From positions 1-64,000 of the forward strand of contig JAUCBJ010007863.1 in NCBI GenBank assembly GCA_032718475.1: DNA of 64,000 nt, written 5' to 3'. Shown piece after piece: positions 52,010-63,850 of this stretch. The position numbers and the translations under genes were made by a program. The stretch is from Nemertoderma westbladi (lineage: Eukaryota; Animalia; Xenacoelomorpha). Within the stretch, counting starts at the first letter, position 1. The number at the start of each line of letters is the position of its first letter. Below the pieces are notes generated by a model. The model was not told where the DNA came from. It was given only the letters and a program-made list of their open reading frames with translations, and did no database searches.

Positions 52010-52220
52010 GGAAGCAGGACAATTCGGTCCCGGACAATTCGGTCCTAGGACAATTCGGTCCTAGGACAATTCGGTCCCGGACAATTCGGTCCCGGACAAT
52101 TCGGTCCCATTTATTTAGTGTTTTGGGACCGAATTGTCCGGGACCGAATTGTCCGGGACCGAATTGTCCGGACCGAATTGTCCGGGACCGAATTGTCCGG
52201 GACCGAATTGTCCTACATCC
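52010..52220. mobile_element. 211-bp foldback MITE with 15-bp subterminal tandem repeats, 9-bp TSD GAGGGGACG; Mutator (MULE)-like
   Basis: Termini GGAAGCAGGAC / GTCCTACATCC; (GGACAATTCGGTCCC)n in inverted arms; TSD 52001-52009 and 52221-52229. Confidence 0.88.
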
Positions 52221-54805
52221 GAGGGGACGATAGAGAAACCAAGGAAGCATTTTCAGTTTATAAACTTTATTATCAATGTGGTGCTTGTATGCGCGAACAA
52301 CGAAATGCGATTCCGATGTGTTTGAATAAGGAAAATCCCGAACCGATATTGGCGAGGTGTTCGAACCATCAACAACTACGCTACCAGGAAGGAGGGTATC
52401 CTTTATCAAATCCATATCATTCGTTTGCTATGACTGGACCAAAGGCGGGAGAAATTGTCGTTTACCCACCTAAGGTTGTTGAACCCGATGCATTTGAACT
52501 TACGCTGGACGAGGCGAATCAGTCAACCCGCGAAAAGAAAGAAGCTCTTAGCCTATACAGAGCCTACAAGGCTTTCAAGAAAGGTGAGATGGAAGAATCG
52601 GGCGGAAGACTCGCGAGCCTACCTTACCATTGGACGTCACACGATCAAACTCCAGCTAAGGAGATGACACCGGAAGTTTTCGAGAGCATAAACTTTGCTC
52701 AAAATGTTATTCAGAGACTACAGATTGCATCCCCGGAGAGGACAAGAGAAATGCAACCATATAGTACTTCGACTACGAAACCATTGAGTACGACACTCAA
52801 TTTTCCTATTAGTATACCAGTCCGACAGGATACGACGTACGAAATACCCATCGTGGATCATCCAGAAATTATTTCAAACTTTAAGTTTCTTCCTGCAGTT
52901 GTTTTTAGCGATATGGGTAAGATATGTGATTTACGTAGACATATTACTCAAAAGGTCGTGTATAACGTTCCACCTCATATTCAAGATTTTAGGGAACTGG
53001 ATAGAGCTGGTGCTGATATAGCTCCGAGTAATTTGAAAGGATATTTAACCAGAACGATTCGTTTATGGATTGGAACTGGAACCTTCGAGTCGGATACAGA
53101 TATTGCCACGAATTGGCAAGGTAAGGTTATTCGTTTCGAAGATGTTAAGGACATAGAGAAGATTTGGCAACCTTCGGAAGAATTGTTGGACGAATGGAAT
53201 AGAACGTTTAGATCGTTTCAGGAAAATGGTTACATGTTTTACGATAACGAGGGCGGCAGTCATCAACAGAGTTTGACTTCTAAGACTATACAAATTAGAG
53301 CGGCGGACGGAGTCTTGCACGTTTTCAGTAGACAGAGGAGCGACAAACGAATGCCGATACCTCCAGCAAATACAAAGCGACACCATCTCATCACTGACAT
53401 AGTAAAGAAGATGGACCAAGCTTGTAATATCAATGCTAGAATGCTACCGAAGATGGTAAGAAATATGATTTTAGATAAAACTGTTGTAAAGATTGGATCA
53501 GGAGTAAGAGAGGACTTAATTAGCGACTTCGCCGGCATGACGGACAGCGATGACCGACTACCGACACCTTACGTCGACACTCGACCTCTTATTCTGTGGT
53601 CTATAGAACAAGGATATTTTCGTGAGTATAATACTCAGAAGACCGGAACTGGATACATTTCCTACCTGTTATTCAATTGGGATTATAAGGAAAGTAAGAG
53701 AACCAAGTATATTGAGACTTATGGAGAAGGTGATACTCCAGATATGAGTGAGTTTGAATCACAGCTCAAATGGAGAGGATGCGTGTATTGGGCTATTACG
53801 TCACCTCCAAGAGCGGTCCTACAATATTATTTAGCAATAGAGTCGTCAGTGAATGTTTGCTTAATCGCCGACATTGTGTCTCGGACTCTTAAAAGACATC
53901 CACTTTGTCTCGGAGAAGATCATACGTTCTACATGGAAGGGAGAATTCATACCGACGTGTTTAGACGATTTCTTGAACCCTTCTACAACTCCGACGCTCA
54001 GTGCAATGCCTTTACTCGAGCAGGATTTAGTATATTTCGAGACGTGTATCTTCGCTGTGCGGGATCTCTTATCGAAAGACCATCTATGTTTACATTGTTA
54101 CCCTATGAAGGAGAACGTATCGTGGAGATTACGGATGAATCACTGAATCACAAATGATTATAGTGTGGGAGGAAGCGCTCGACCAATTGGAGATCTTATA
54201 TACGAACGAGTGTGGTACCCTGCCAATACGATGTGTGGTAAATGTGGCGTCGCTGGACATCATTCGACCAAGTGCAGTGGAAAGCACATTACTACGACTC
54301 AACTAATCTGTGGATGGTGTGGAGATCAAGGGTCTCATACCTTTTATACTTGCTGGAGATTTATGGCTTAATGTACTTATTGCAATATAAAGGGACATCG
54401 AGCATCTGAATGCCAACTAAGAGACATACCTTATGAACACGAATCTGTAAAACTCGTGAGAAAACTATTCGATGAGTGGGAAGATTTAGCCGACGAACAT
54501 GTATCGGCACAAAGAAGACGATTCCCGATGAGAGCGCATCTTGGATTTTGGGCGGTAAATCCCCAAACAATGATGTCGGAAGGATACATCTCCGCTATGC
54601 CCCAATATGACGAACTTATCGAGGTAGTCGACATTTTGCCTCACGATAGTGGATTTAGAGTGGTGCGCGAGTATCTGTTACAGATTCACCCGGACAATAA
54701 GAATACGTGGAATTTTCAGAAAGTTGTTAATCGTATCACGTATGGTGAATTTGATCGTTTCCGAACTATTATATATTCTTTAATCCAGGCTAACGTACGC
54801 CCATA

Positions 54806-56531
54806 GTAAAACATAATTATTAATACATAACATACACAATACATACAAGCACGATAAACCACAAGTAACATCAATTAATATGTAGGAAAAATATATTAAG
54901 GCGAAGCACGAGACGCTAGTACATACATCATACTTAGTAAGAAATAGTAGCACAATAAACATATAAACAAATGGTAAAATGTTAATAGACTAAAACATAC
55001 AGTACATTAGATAAATTACAAGATAATAATTGTATTTCATACATAAAACATGGATTCACGCAACCTGCTTGTATGAATAGTGGCCAATGCAACCGCCCGT
55101 ACAATACTATTTTCACTATTGTCGACACGGCGGAACAACGAATTTATTGCATTGAATCTAATGTGACAAAATTTGGGTAAGTTGAGTTCCCCGAACATTA
55201 GTGAAACGCTACAGTCGTAGCTGTAACCGAATAGACGCCTAGCAATATTGTTATAGCCAACGCGCAGTTTATTATATATGCTGAGACTGAGATTTCGCCT
55301 GGACCACAATGCATTGCAATAAAATTGTGTACAAAAGCATTGGAACAATTTACGCTTGATAGTTCTAGAACAAAATTTAAATTTAGAAATAAGCAGATTC
55401 CCACGTTTATACAAACTATGGAGTTGATTTAAAATATCAAAGTTATCATCTGTTGAGTTATGTAATATGTGACCCAAGTATTTGTATTTAGAAACAGTCT
55501 CCAATTTCGAACAATTAACAGTAATATTGTTTGCAAGTAAATTTTTATTTGTTTTAGGTGTAAATATCATGAGCTTAGATTTTTTGACGTTCACTTTAAT
55601 GGAATGGGAATCTGCATATTTTTCATATATCTGTATAAGAGTGTTGAGCCCATGTATAGAATTAGAAGCCAAGGCTAGGTCATCAGCATATATAAAGTGG
55701 TTAGCCCGCTGGCCACTGACAACACAGCCGACGCCTGATTCGGTGAACTCGACACTGAGATCATCTACATAAAGGTTGTAGAATCTCGGTGACAAGATCC
55801 CGCCCTGTTTCATACCGTTGGATACAGTGAACGAAACAGACACGCAACCTCCCCACCGGACAGAAAGATGTTGAAATCTGTACCAAAACCGTATAATGCG
55901 AATAAAAAATAAAGGAACATTCCTGTCGATAAGCTTCGAAAATAATTTGTAATGGTTCACCAAGTCGAAGGCCTTCGACGAGTCAAGGAATACTCCAAAA
56001 ACAGGACTGTCATTTATAATATAATGTTGAATAGTTTCTTTCAAAGCGTAGACACATAGTTCCGTGCCGAGGTCTGACTTGAATCCGAACTGAGAGTTTG
56101 ACGTATAAAGAAATGAAGCATATCGATCAAGATAAATTAGTTCCAATATCTTACTGCATACAGTCGCTGTTGCTATACCACGATAGTTATCAACATCCGT
56201 TATGTCGGCATTTTTGTCCTTAACCAATGGAATAATGAACGACTCAAGAAGAGGTTCTGGAATATAACCATGTATATTAATTGCTGAAAACAAAAGAGCT
56301 AGCGTTTTATATAAGTTTACAGGGCCATTCTAAAAATGTTCACTGAATAATTCGTCTGGGCCGGCGCATTTGCCATTGGCCATAGCATCAATAGCAACAA
56401 CGACCTCAGCAGTTTTAACTAACATATCATTAGAAAACACAATACTTTGTAACTTGCGCTCCACTGATTCTTTTAGAGTGTCATCATTAACAGAATTGTA
56501 TAAATTCGAGAATTTATCTTTAAACATCTTA
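54806..56531 (-). mobile_element. 5'-truncated non-LTR retrotransposon fragment, RTE-X-like, RT with a premature stop; boundaries approximate
   Basis: NYRGIA, QFGFK, FLDSSKAFD, GMKQGGILSP, YADD, YKYLG; ORFs 56527-56330 and 56293-55037 share a frame; possible CATA duplication. Confidence 0.85.
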
Positions 56532-57174
56532 CATACTGAAAAGCAGAATAAGGGAGCTTGGTTAACCGTCGCATGGGCATACCGAGCCGCGTTTTACCAC
56601 AAACGTATACGAGCGAGCGTATTCGAGGAAGAGGAGATCCTAGAGGCGACAAATATACCAGCCACTCCGGTTGCGCCGTCTGCACGTCACCCTCGGGAGG
56701 ACGGACAGGGTAGGATCATAAGGGTCCAGAAAGTGAGCCAACAATTAAAGAAGTCTATTAATATAGAAGAACGCAAGGGAGTTGAGCCGACCATTCGAAT
56801 TACTCGGGATACGGTATCGCTTCCTTGAGAACCAACAGGAGGATCAGGACATACACCAGCTGATCAAAGGGGGGCGCAAGCTACTCTTGGGTCTGCGTCG
56901 TCCGCTTCCCGCGCGTTCCCAGACGTTTTACCAACTGTAGTGACAACTGATCGGTCATGAGGAATCGGTCGAGGTTTCGGGATACCAAATAGACGAATTT
57001 GTGAGGAAATGGTCGCACCGTCTCCCAACGTACAAGCGAAACCAGTGACTCGCCCCACGAGTCCCATATCGCGAGCAAAGTCACCTGTGCGCAGTTTTCG
57101 AGGACGCGGCAGGGCTCGATCTACTAAGCGATAAAAGGGAGGGCAAGGGTGGACGGAAGACTCGTGAGCCTTTC

Positions 57175-57720
57175 TTGTGAATTTTGTGATTTATTTGAGT
57201 TATATATTTTATATTTAGTAAGATTTATATTTAGTAAGATTTATATTTAGTAAGAATTTATATTTGCAAGATTTATATTTTATATTTGTGTTTATTCCGA
57301 ACTTATGCAATTTATATTGTTCCGAATATTATGCAATTTATATCTTATAAGCAGTATTTGTATTTACAGTGAAATAGAAAGTAAGAGTAGATGGAAGACT
57401 CGTGGGCCTTTCTTATAGTTTCATTTGTAAAGCGTTATATTTTGTATTTAGAAAGTTTTATAGTTAGAAAGTTTTGTACTTAGAAAGACTCATATTTGTA
57501 ATTATTCCGAACTTATGCAATCTACATTTAGGCACGAAAGTATTTGTAATTATTTGAATTTATGCAATATTTGAGATGCAAGAGTAGATGGAAGACTCGC
57601 GAGCCTTTCTTATGATTTTCATTTATTTGTATTTGTAATTATTTGAATTTATGCAATATCGAGATGCAATAGATTTATATTGGTGAATTTAATTTAGATT
57701 TATATTGTACTTACTTAGTA
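57175..57720 (+). repeat. AT-rich degenerate repeats in the 3' untranslated region of BEL element 2
   Basis: (TTTATATTTAGTAAGA)x3; recurrent TTCCGAACTTATGCAAT and TATTTGTAATTATTTGAATTTATGCAATAT. Confidence 0.75.
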
Positions 57721-58050
57721 AAGCCTTAAATATGTAAGGTTTGAATTTGTAATTATTTTGTATCGAATTATTATGTAGAAAGGAAGTATTGCTTGAAATT
57801 TAATTTGTAAATATGTAGGTACGCCCTAAGTATTCTATAATTTGATGGATTATTGGTGAAAACCGTATATTTTATGCACGATAATATCCTGTTTTCATGG
57901 AGCGGTATAGAATTATATTCTCTAAATGCCGTGGATTTTCAAAATTTTATTTTATTCGAATTAACTTTGTTATAAAGATTACATTAAGTCCTCATTTGTA
58001 TTTACTATATCTATTTGTACGATGATTAATCAAGTGGTTCAGTAGCTCAG

Positions 58051-60066
58051 GCAGAATACCTAAGGACTGTGGTAAATCTAAGGTTGAGAGTAGGCTAGAG
58101 CTAAGGTCGCGAGTAGCCTGGAGGTGAGGAAGGGAGTAGCTTGCTTAGGTGGATGGTAGGAAAAACCCGGCTTTCTATTGGCTGTTATAAATAGCTTACA
58201 TAGTTTAAACTATATAGTAGTTCCCCTGGTTGAGGAGATGGGAAATCATGTACTGGGATAGGCTGCTAAGTTAACCCAACAAAACAACTACTTTTAATTA
58301 ATTATTGATTACAGGCAAGGATTTGGAAGGAATTTTTTAATTTCATCAAAGGTTTACGTTTAATTAAACGAGTATCAGTTAATCGTGTTATATTGACAAA
58401 TAAATTATCATATTACAAATATATTATCTAGTTTTCTAGACTTATGATTAAATAATAAACTTTCAATAATATGTCATGAGTTCAAAGGCATCCACGAGTA
58501 CCGTGTTTGGATACGGGAATTAGCAAAGGAGACCGGCCATTTAGCGGAGGGGGGGGGGGGGGGGGGGGGTCATTTTTGGGGGTTTTAGAGCATGTAGTTG
58601 TAGGCCTAGGTTTTTGTACTACATGGTGTTGATCGTGTGGGTGGACCACCGAACAGTTGCGAATTTTAGACTAAAGAAGACAATTGTTTAAAATTTATTG
58701 TTTATTTGGTAATCCGATACTCACATTGCACATATAGAGTAAGATATACAGTATATTGTATAATTGCAATATTAAAAGTTAAGTTACAATAATACTTTGG
58801 ACAATGGTGTGGCTAGTATTATAGCCCAATGTATTGTCTGGGAGTGCCGGGCAGGTAGGGGTGGTGTGCAGTGCTTGCAAAAAAAAAGGGGGGGGGGGGG
58901 ATATTACTATTATGTGAATTGTGAGGTGAGAGATTGTTACTGTTGTTGTTGATAGGGAAATAATTAATTATCCTACGTTAATCTCCAGCGCAATCAATTG
59001 TTTCACTGGAGTTCCGATGCTGATCCAGGTATATAAAACTAAACTAATGAGTCGAGATAGGAAATACATAAAATATAAAATATTGGATGGAAAAGGTTAT
59101 GGAAAATTGGTAAGATCTATGTTTTATTGATTGTTTACAGTGTACTTTAATTTAATATTTTAGAAGGTGACCTATTTCGAAAAGGGTACTGTATTTTAGA
59201 TTTTTTATGTTTTACGTCAGCAGAGGAATCAGAGTTCCATATCGTTGGCCCTGAAAAATAATTATTACAGTTTGGAAAATATTGGAAAACTAATGGATCT
59301 TTGAGATGAGCAATGAGCATATCCTTGCCTTAAGGCCTGTTTACACGTGGCAACTTTTAGAGCAACTTTCTCGGCAACTTGTAGAGCAAACCAGGTTGCC
59401 GATCAAGTTGCTCTGTGTAAACACGTAAAAAAGTTGCCGTAAAAGTTGCTCAACTTTTAAGGCAACTTGAAGGAATTAGCGTTGGCAAATTAAAGCGGAA
59501 TAATCAAATTAAATTATCAAAAACTAGCTAGTACATGTAGATAAAATGACCCACTATTTTACAGTTAAACTCGCTCTAAAAGTTGCCGGCCATCTCGCTC
59601 TAAAAGTTGCTCTAAAAGTTGCTCCAAAAGTTGCCGGCCATGTTGCTGGTAAAGTTGCCACGTGTAAACAGCGATTAAATTAAGTTGCTCCAAGAAACGT
59701 TGCTAGTTGCCGAGAAAGTTGATCTAAAAGTTGCCACGTGTAAACAGACCTTTAGGGGTAGAATAGCCTACGTTGATAGTAAAGACGTAAATGATAATAT
59801 ATTATCTGTTGAATAAGTTAAATTTGTATAAGTTACTGTATAATGTACAATGCTCTATATGTATATGACATGTTCTCATACTGTACCTTATATATTAATA
59901 TTGATGTTTAAATATTTACAAAGTATAATAATTCTTATAAAAATATGTATGGTAGAAAAATACATTATTGCGTTTTTCCTTTCTCTCTGCGTTTTTCCTC
60001 CCGCTCTGGTCATTTTTCCGCGTAATTCTTTTCCCCCCTTGTTTACAGTCTGTTTTACCCCAGCCC
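58051..60066. mobile_element. Non-coding 2.0-kb insertion, copy 1, in the A box of the tRNA-like sequence
   Basis: Absent from the 5' LTR; flanked by TAGCTCAG (58043-58050, 60067-60074). Confidence 0.88.
59333..59751. mobile_element. PIF/Harbinger-type MITE (419 bp), TSD TTA
   Basis: TIR AGGCCTGTTTACACGTGGCAACTTTTAGA / TCTAAAAGTTGCCACGTGTAAACAGACCT; internal AAGTTGC repeats. Confidence 0.88.
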
Positions 60067-60074
60067 TAGCTCAG

Positions 60075-62092
60075 GCAGAATACCTAAGGACTGTGGTAAA
60101 TCTAAGGTTGAGAGTAGGCTAGAGCTAAGGTCGCGAGTAGCGTGGAGGTGAGGAAGGGAGTAGCTTGCTTAGGTGGATGGTAGGAAAAACCCGGCTTTCT
60201 ATTGGCTGTTATAAATAGCTTACATAGTTTAAACTATATAGTAGTTCCCCTGGTTGAGGAGATGGGAAATCATGTACTGGGATAGGCTGCTAAGTTAACC
60301 CAACAAAACAACTAAACTTTTAATTAATTATTGATTACAGGCAAGGATTTGGAAGGAATTTTTTAATTTCATCAAAGGTTTACGTTTAATTAAACGAGTA
60401 TCAGTTAATCGTGTTATATTGACAAATAAATTATCATATTACAAATATATTATCTAGTTTTCTAGACTTATGAGTAAATAATAAACTTTCAATAATATGT
60501 CATGAGTTCAAAGGCATCCACGAGTACCGTGTTTGGATACGGGAATTAGCAAAGGAGACCTGCCATTTAGCGGAGGGGGGGGGGGGGGGGGGGGGTCATT
60601 TTTGGGGGTTTTAGAGCATGTAGTTGTAGGCCTAGGTTTTTGTACTACATGGTGTTGATCGTGTGGGTGGACCACCGAACAGTTGCGAATTTTAGACTAA
60701 AGAAGACAATTGTTTAAAATTTATTGTTTATTTGGTAATCCGATACTCACATTGCACATATAGAGTAAGATATACAGTATATTGTATAATTGCAATATTA
60801 AAAGTTAAGTTACAATAATACTTTGGACAATGGTGTGGCTAGTATTATAGCCCAATGTATTGTCTGGGAGTGCCGGGCAGGTAGGGGTGGTGTGCAGTGC
60901 TTGCAAAAAAAAAGGGGGGGGGGGGATATTACTATTATGTGAATTGTGAGGTGAGAGATTGTTACTGTTGTTGTTGATAGGGAAATAATTAATTATCCTA
61001 CGTTAATCTCCAGCGCAATCAATTGTTTCACTGGAGTTCCGATGCTGATCCAGGTATATAAAACTAAACTAATGAGTCGAGATAGGAAATACATAAAATA
61101 TAAAATATTGGATGGAAAAGGTTATGGAAAATTGGTAAGATCTATGTTTTATTGATTGTTTACAGTGTACTTTAATTTAATATTTTAGAAGGTGACCTAT
61201 TTCGAAAAGGGTACTGTATTTTAGATTTTTTATGTTTTACGTCAGCAGAGGAATCAGAGTTCCATATCGTTGGCCCTGAAAAATAATTATTACAGTTTGG
61301 AAAATATTGGAAAACTAATGGATCTTTGAGATGAGCAATGAGCATATCCTTGCCTTAAGGCCTGTTTACACGTGGCAACTTTTAGAGCAACTTTCTCGGC
61401 AACTTGTAGAGCAAACCAGGTTGCCGATCAAGTTGCTCTGTGTAAACACGTAAAAAAGTTGCCGTAAAAGTTGCTCAACTTTTAAGGCAACTTGAAGGAA
61501 TTAGCGTTGGCAAATTAAAGCGGAATAATCAAATTAAATTATCAAAAACTAGCTAGTACATGTAGATAAAATGACCCACTATTTTACAGTTAAACTCGCT
61601 CTAAAAGTTGCCGGCCATCTCGCTCTAAAAGTTGCTCTAAAAGTTGCTCCAAAAGTTGCCGGCCATGTTGCTGGTAAAGTTGCCACGTGTAAACAGCGAT
61701 TAAATTAAGTTGCTCCAAGAAACGTTGCTAGTTGCCGAGAAAGTTGATCTAAAAGTTGCCACATGTAAACAGACCTTTAGGGGTAGAATAGCTTACGTTG
61801 ATAGTAAAGACGTAAATGATAATATATTATCTGTTGAATAAGTTAAATTTGTATAAGTTACTGTATAATGTACAATGCTCTATATGTATATGACATGTTC
61901 TCATACTGTACCTTATAATATTAATATTGATGTTTAAATATTTACAAAGTATAATAATTCTTATAAAAATATGTATGGTAGAAAAATACATTATTGCGTT
62001 TTTCCTTTCTCTCTGCGTTTTTCCTCCCGCTCTGGTCATTTTTCCGCGTAATTCTTTTCCCCCCTTGTTTACAGTCTGTTTTACCCCAGCCC
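60075..62092. mobile_element. Non-coding 2.0-kb insertion, copy 2 (tandem, about 99% identical to copy 1)
   Basis: Flanked by TAGCTCAG (60067-60074, 62093-62100). Confidence 0.88.
61358..61776. mobile_element. PIF/Harbinger-type MITE, second copy, TSD TTA
   Basis: Same as 59333-59751. Confidence 0.88.
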
Positions 62093-63850
62093 TAGCTCAG
62101 TCGGTAAAGCGTTGGAAATTATATGTAGTAGGTATTGAGTTCGAATCCTAGTAGGTGCGAATTATTTTTGTGCAGAATTTCAACTCATTTAAATTAACCG
62201 CTACAAATTAAATTGCATTTGCCTGTACCTAGATTAACCAATGGGACTGTAGTTATTAGATAGTAACCAATGTCGTGCAAGTTATATATTCGCTGGACCA
62301 ATAGTTATCTTTAAAAACCTATTAGAACTCATAGAACAATCGAGAATTTTCTCGATTGATTGCAGCACAAATTTGCTATAAAAGGTGCGATTTCGTTCAT
62401 TAGTTAACACAGTTGCAGACCGTTATTCTCACTTACATCCATTAGTTATTTCAGATTACATTGTATACATTATTATAATTGTTGGTGATCTGTAATAAAG
62501 TCAGAATTATCGCTATATCTGCCCTTTTTCTATCATGTTTTACCACGGTGAACTTAACTGAGGGACAGGATGGCAGGCTAAACATCGGGCCACAGCAATG
62601 AACGGGAACATCTGAGGAATGTAGACAGGAGACAACCCGCAATATCATTCTTAGTTATTCGCCCATCGCCTGAAAGGTTAGACAGCGTTCAATGCCTTGC
62701 TATCTAAGTGTAAGACCAAAGATCGAAGGTAGAGGTAGTGACATGCTGTGCGCCAAAAATTACATCTAGGGACCGTACTGTCTTAATTCAGAGAAAACCC
62801 ACAGTAGACCTTCATATTCCTACGGGGGGAGAGGAGAGGAGCTCAGGCAGAGATACTAGTACACAGATAGGACGCAGGCACACCGGTACAAGGCATACAC
62901 ATTGGTAGGGTGCAGCAAACTGTACGCCTAACTCTTGCTAAGTACAGGTGCGTCTGTGACTGTTTGTAGTACAACGGTGTCCATTGCATTAGAACTTGTA
63001 GGCCAGAAGGGTTACTGTGTTTTTACCTGAATTAGGATTGTACCGTTCAGGCGGTAGGGCAGTTTACAACTAGGCGCAAATAAATTGAGGCTATTTAGGG
63101 ATACTAACATCTACCGTGTCCCCGCCAACATTCTGTTAGGAAGTTGCTGTGCCCATCTAAGCAACTAAAATTCTAGATAAGAACACCAGGCTAGCTATTA
63201 GTACCTGTACGCCTACTGTAGTAAACTAACACATTTCTTCTTAGTATTAGGGACCTGGTAAATTAAATTGCCGAATTCTGGGCGTAGTATTAACCTTATG
63301 CCTGAATTTGAGTCCTGGAAATACACAAAAGGGGGAGGAGCCTTATCATTCGTGAGTATTGGACCTACAAGTTATAAAATTAGAACATTTGCAAAATGTA
63401 CACCGGACCCAGTAATTATATATATGAAGGAGCAAAACTGACTTTGACTGTTTAGAACAAAGACACACGCGCGTTAGAAATTATTTACACCTCAAAATAT
63501 ATAAAATAATTTTTGTCCATACTGTGCTTTGCCCGCTAGTTAGACCTTTCTGCACCTAGCTAGCGTCTCTTTCGCCCAACCATATAAATCACACCGCGGC
63601 AAAGTATACGAGCGCCCTTAGTCCGTCAGTGAGTCAGCCTGATTTAGGATTCGCTGCGCGGGATTTTGTTTTATCGAAGTTTGTCCGTTCGTAGACTGTT
63701 TTCTGCCTCACCGGTTATAAGAGACCGATACTGCAATATATTTTCGCTTACTTGGAGTTTACTGTTTTGGTGAGAAGGTCGGATTAAGATTTGATTCACA
63801 AACTTTACAGTAGGATATTGCAGGGTATTTTGTTACTGTCTCTTCGAATA

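Larger units (their letters stand above)
51613..57134 (+). pseudogene. Extra ORF downstream of pol: N-terminal unknown region, DEDDy-type (WRN/EXD/RNase D-like) 3'-5' exonuclease, three CCHC knuckles, basic low-complexity tail; split by a MITE and a LINE fragment, plus a frameshift and stops
   Basis: Removing the MITE rejoins YRRTRGD-DRETKEAF; FYDNEG, IQI, LPKMVRNMILDKTVVKIGSGVREDL, YVDT, QYYLAIE; CGKCGVAGHHSTKC, CGWCGDQGSHTFYTC, CTYCNIKGHRASEC. Confidence 0.75.
40019..63850 (+). mobile_element. BEL/Pao LTR retrotransposon 2, full length (about 17.8 kb without nested inserts), decayed; 5-bp TSD CGTAT (40014-40018, 63851-63855)
   Basis: Two ~1.9-kb direct repeats about 99% identical; TSD within the satellite unit; gag-PR-RT-RH-IN order with BEL motifs. 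Confidence 0.96.
57906..63850 (+). repeat. 3' LTR (57906-58050 plus 62101-63850), split by a 4-kb tandem insertion; preceded by a weak purine tract GGAGCGG
   Basis: Direct match to the 5' LTR. Confidence 0.95.

Noticed and set aside
51987-52415. ORFs with RTIRS, GPNCP or DRIVR repeats
   Set aside because: Translations of the MITE's 15-bp tandem repeats.
51613-57134. env gene
   Set aside because: No signal peptide, cleavage site or transmembrane anchor noticed; motifs fit an exonuclease plus zinc knuckles.
59850-62151. Short hydrophobic ORFs in the 2-kb insertions
   Set aside because: AT-rich low-complexity sequence, an indel between the copies changes the ORF, and there are no transposase motifs.
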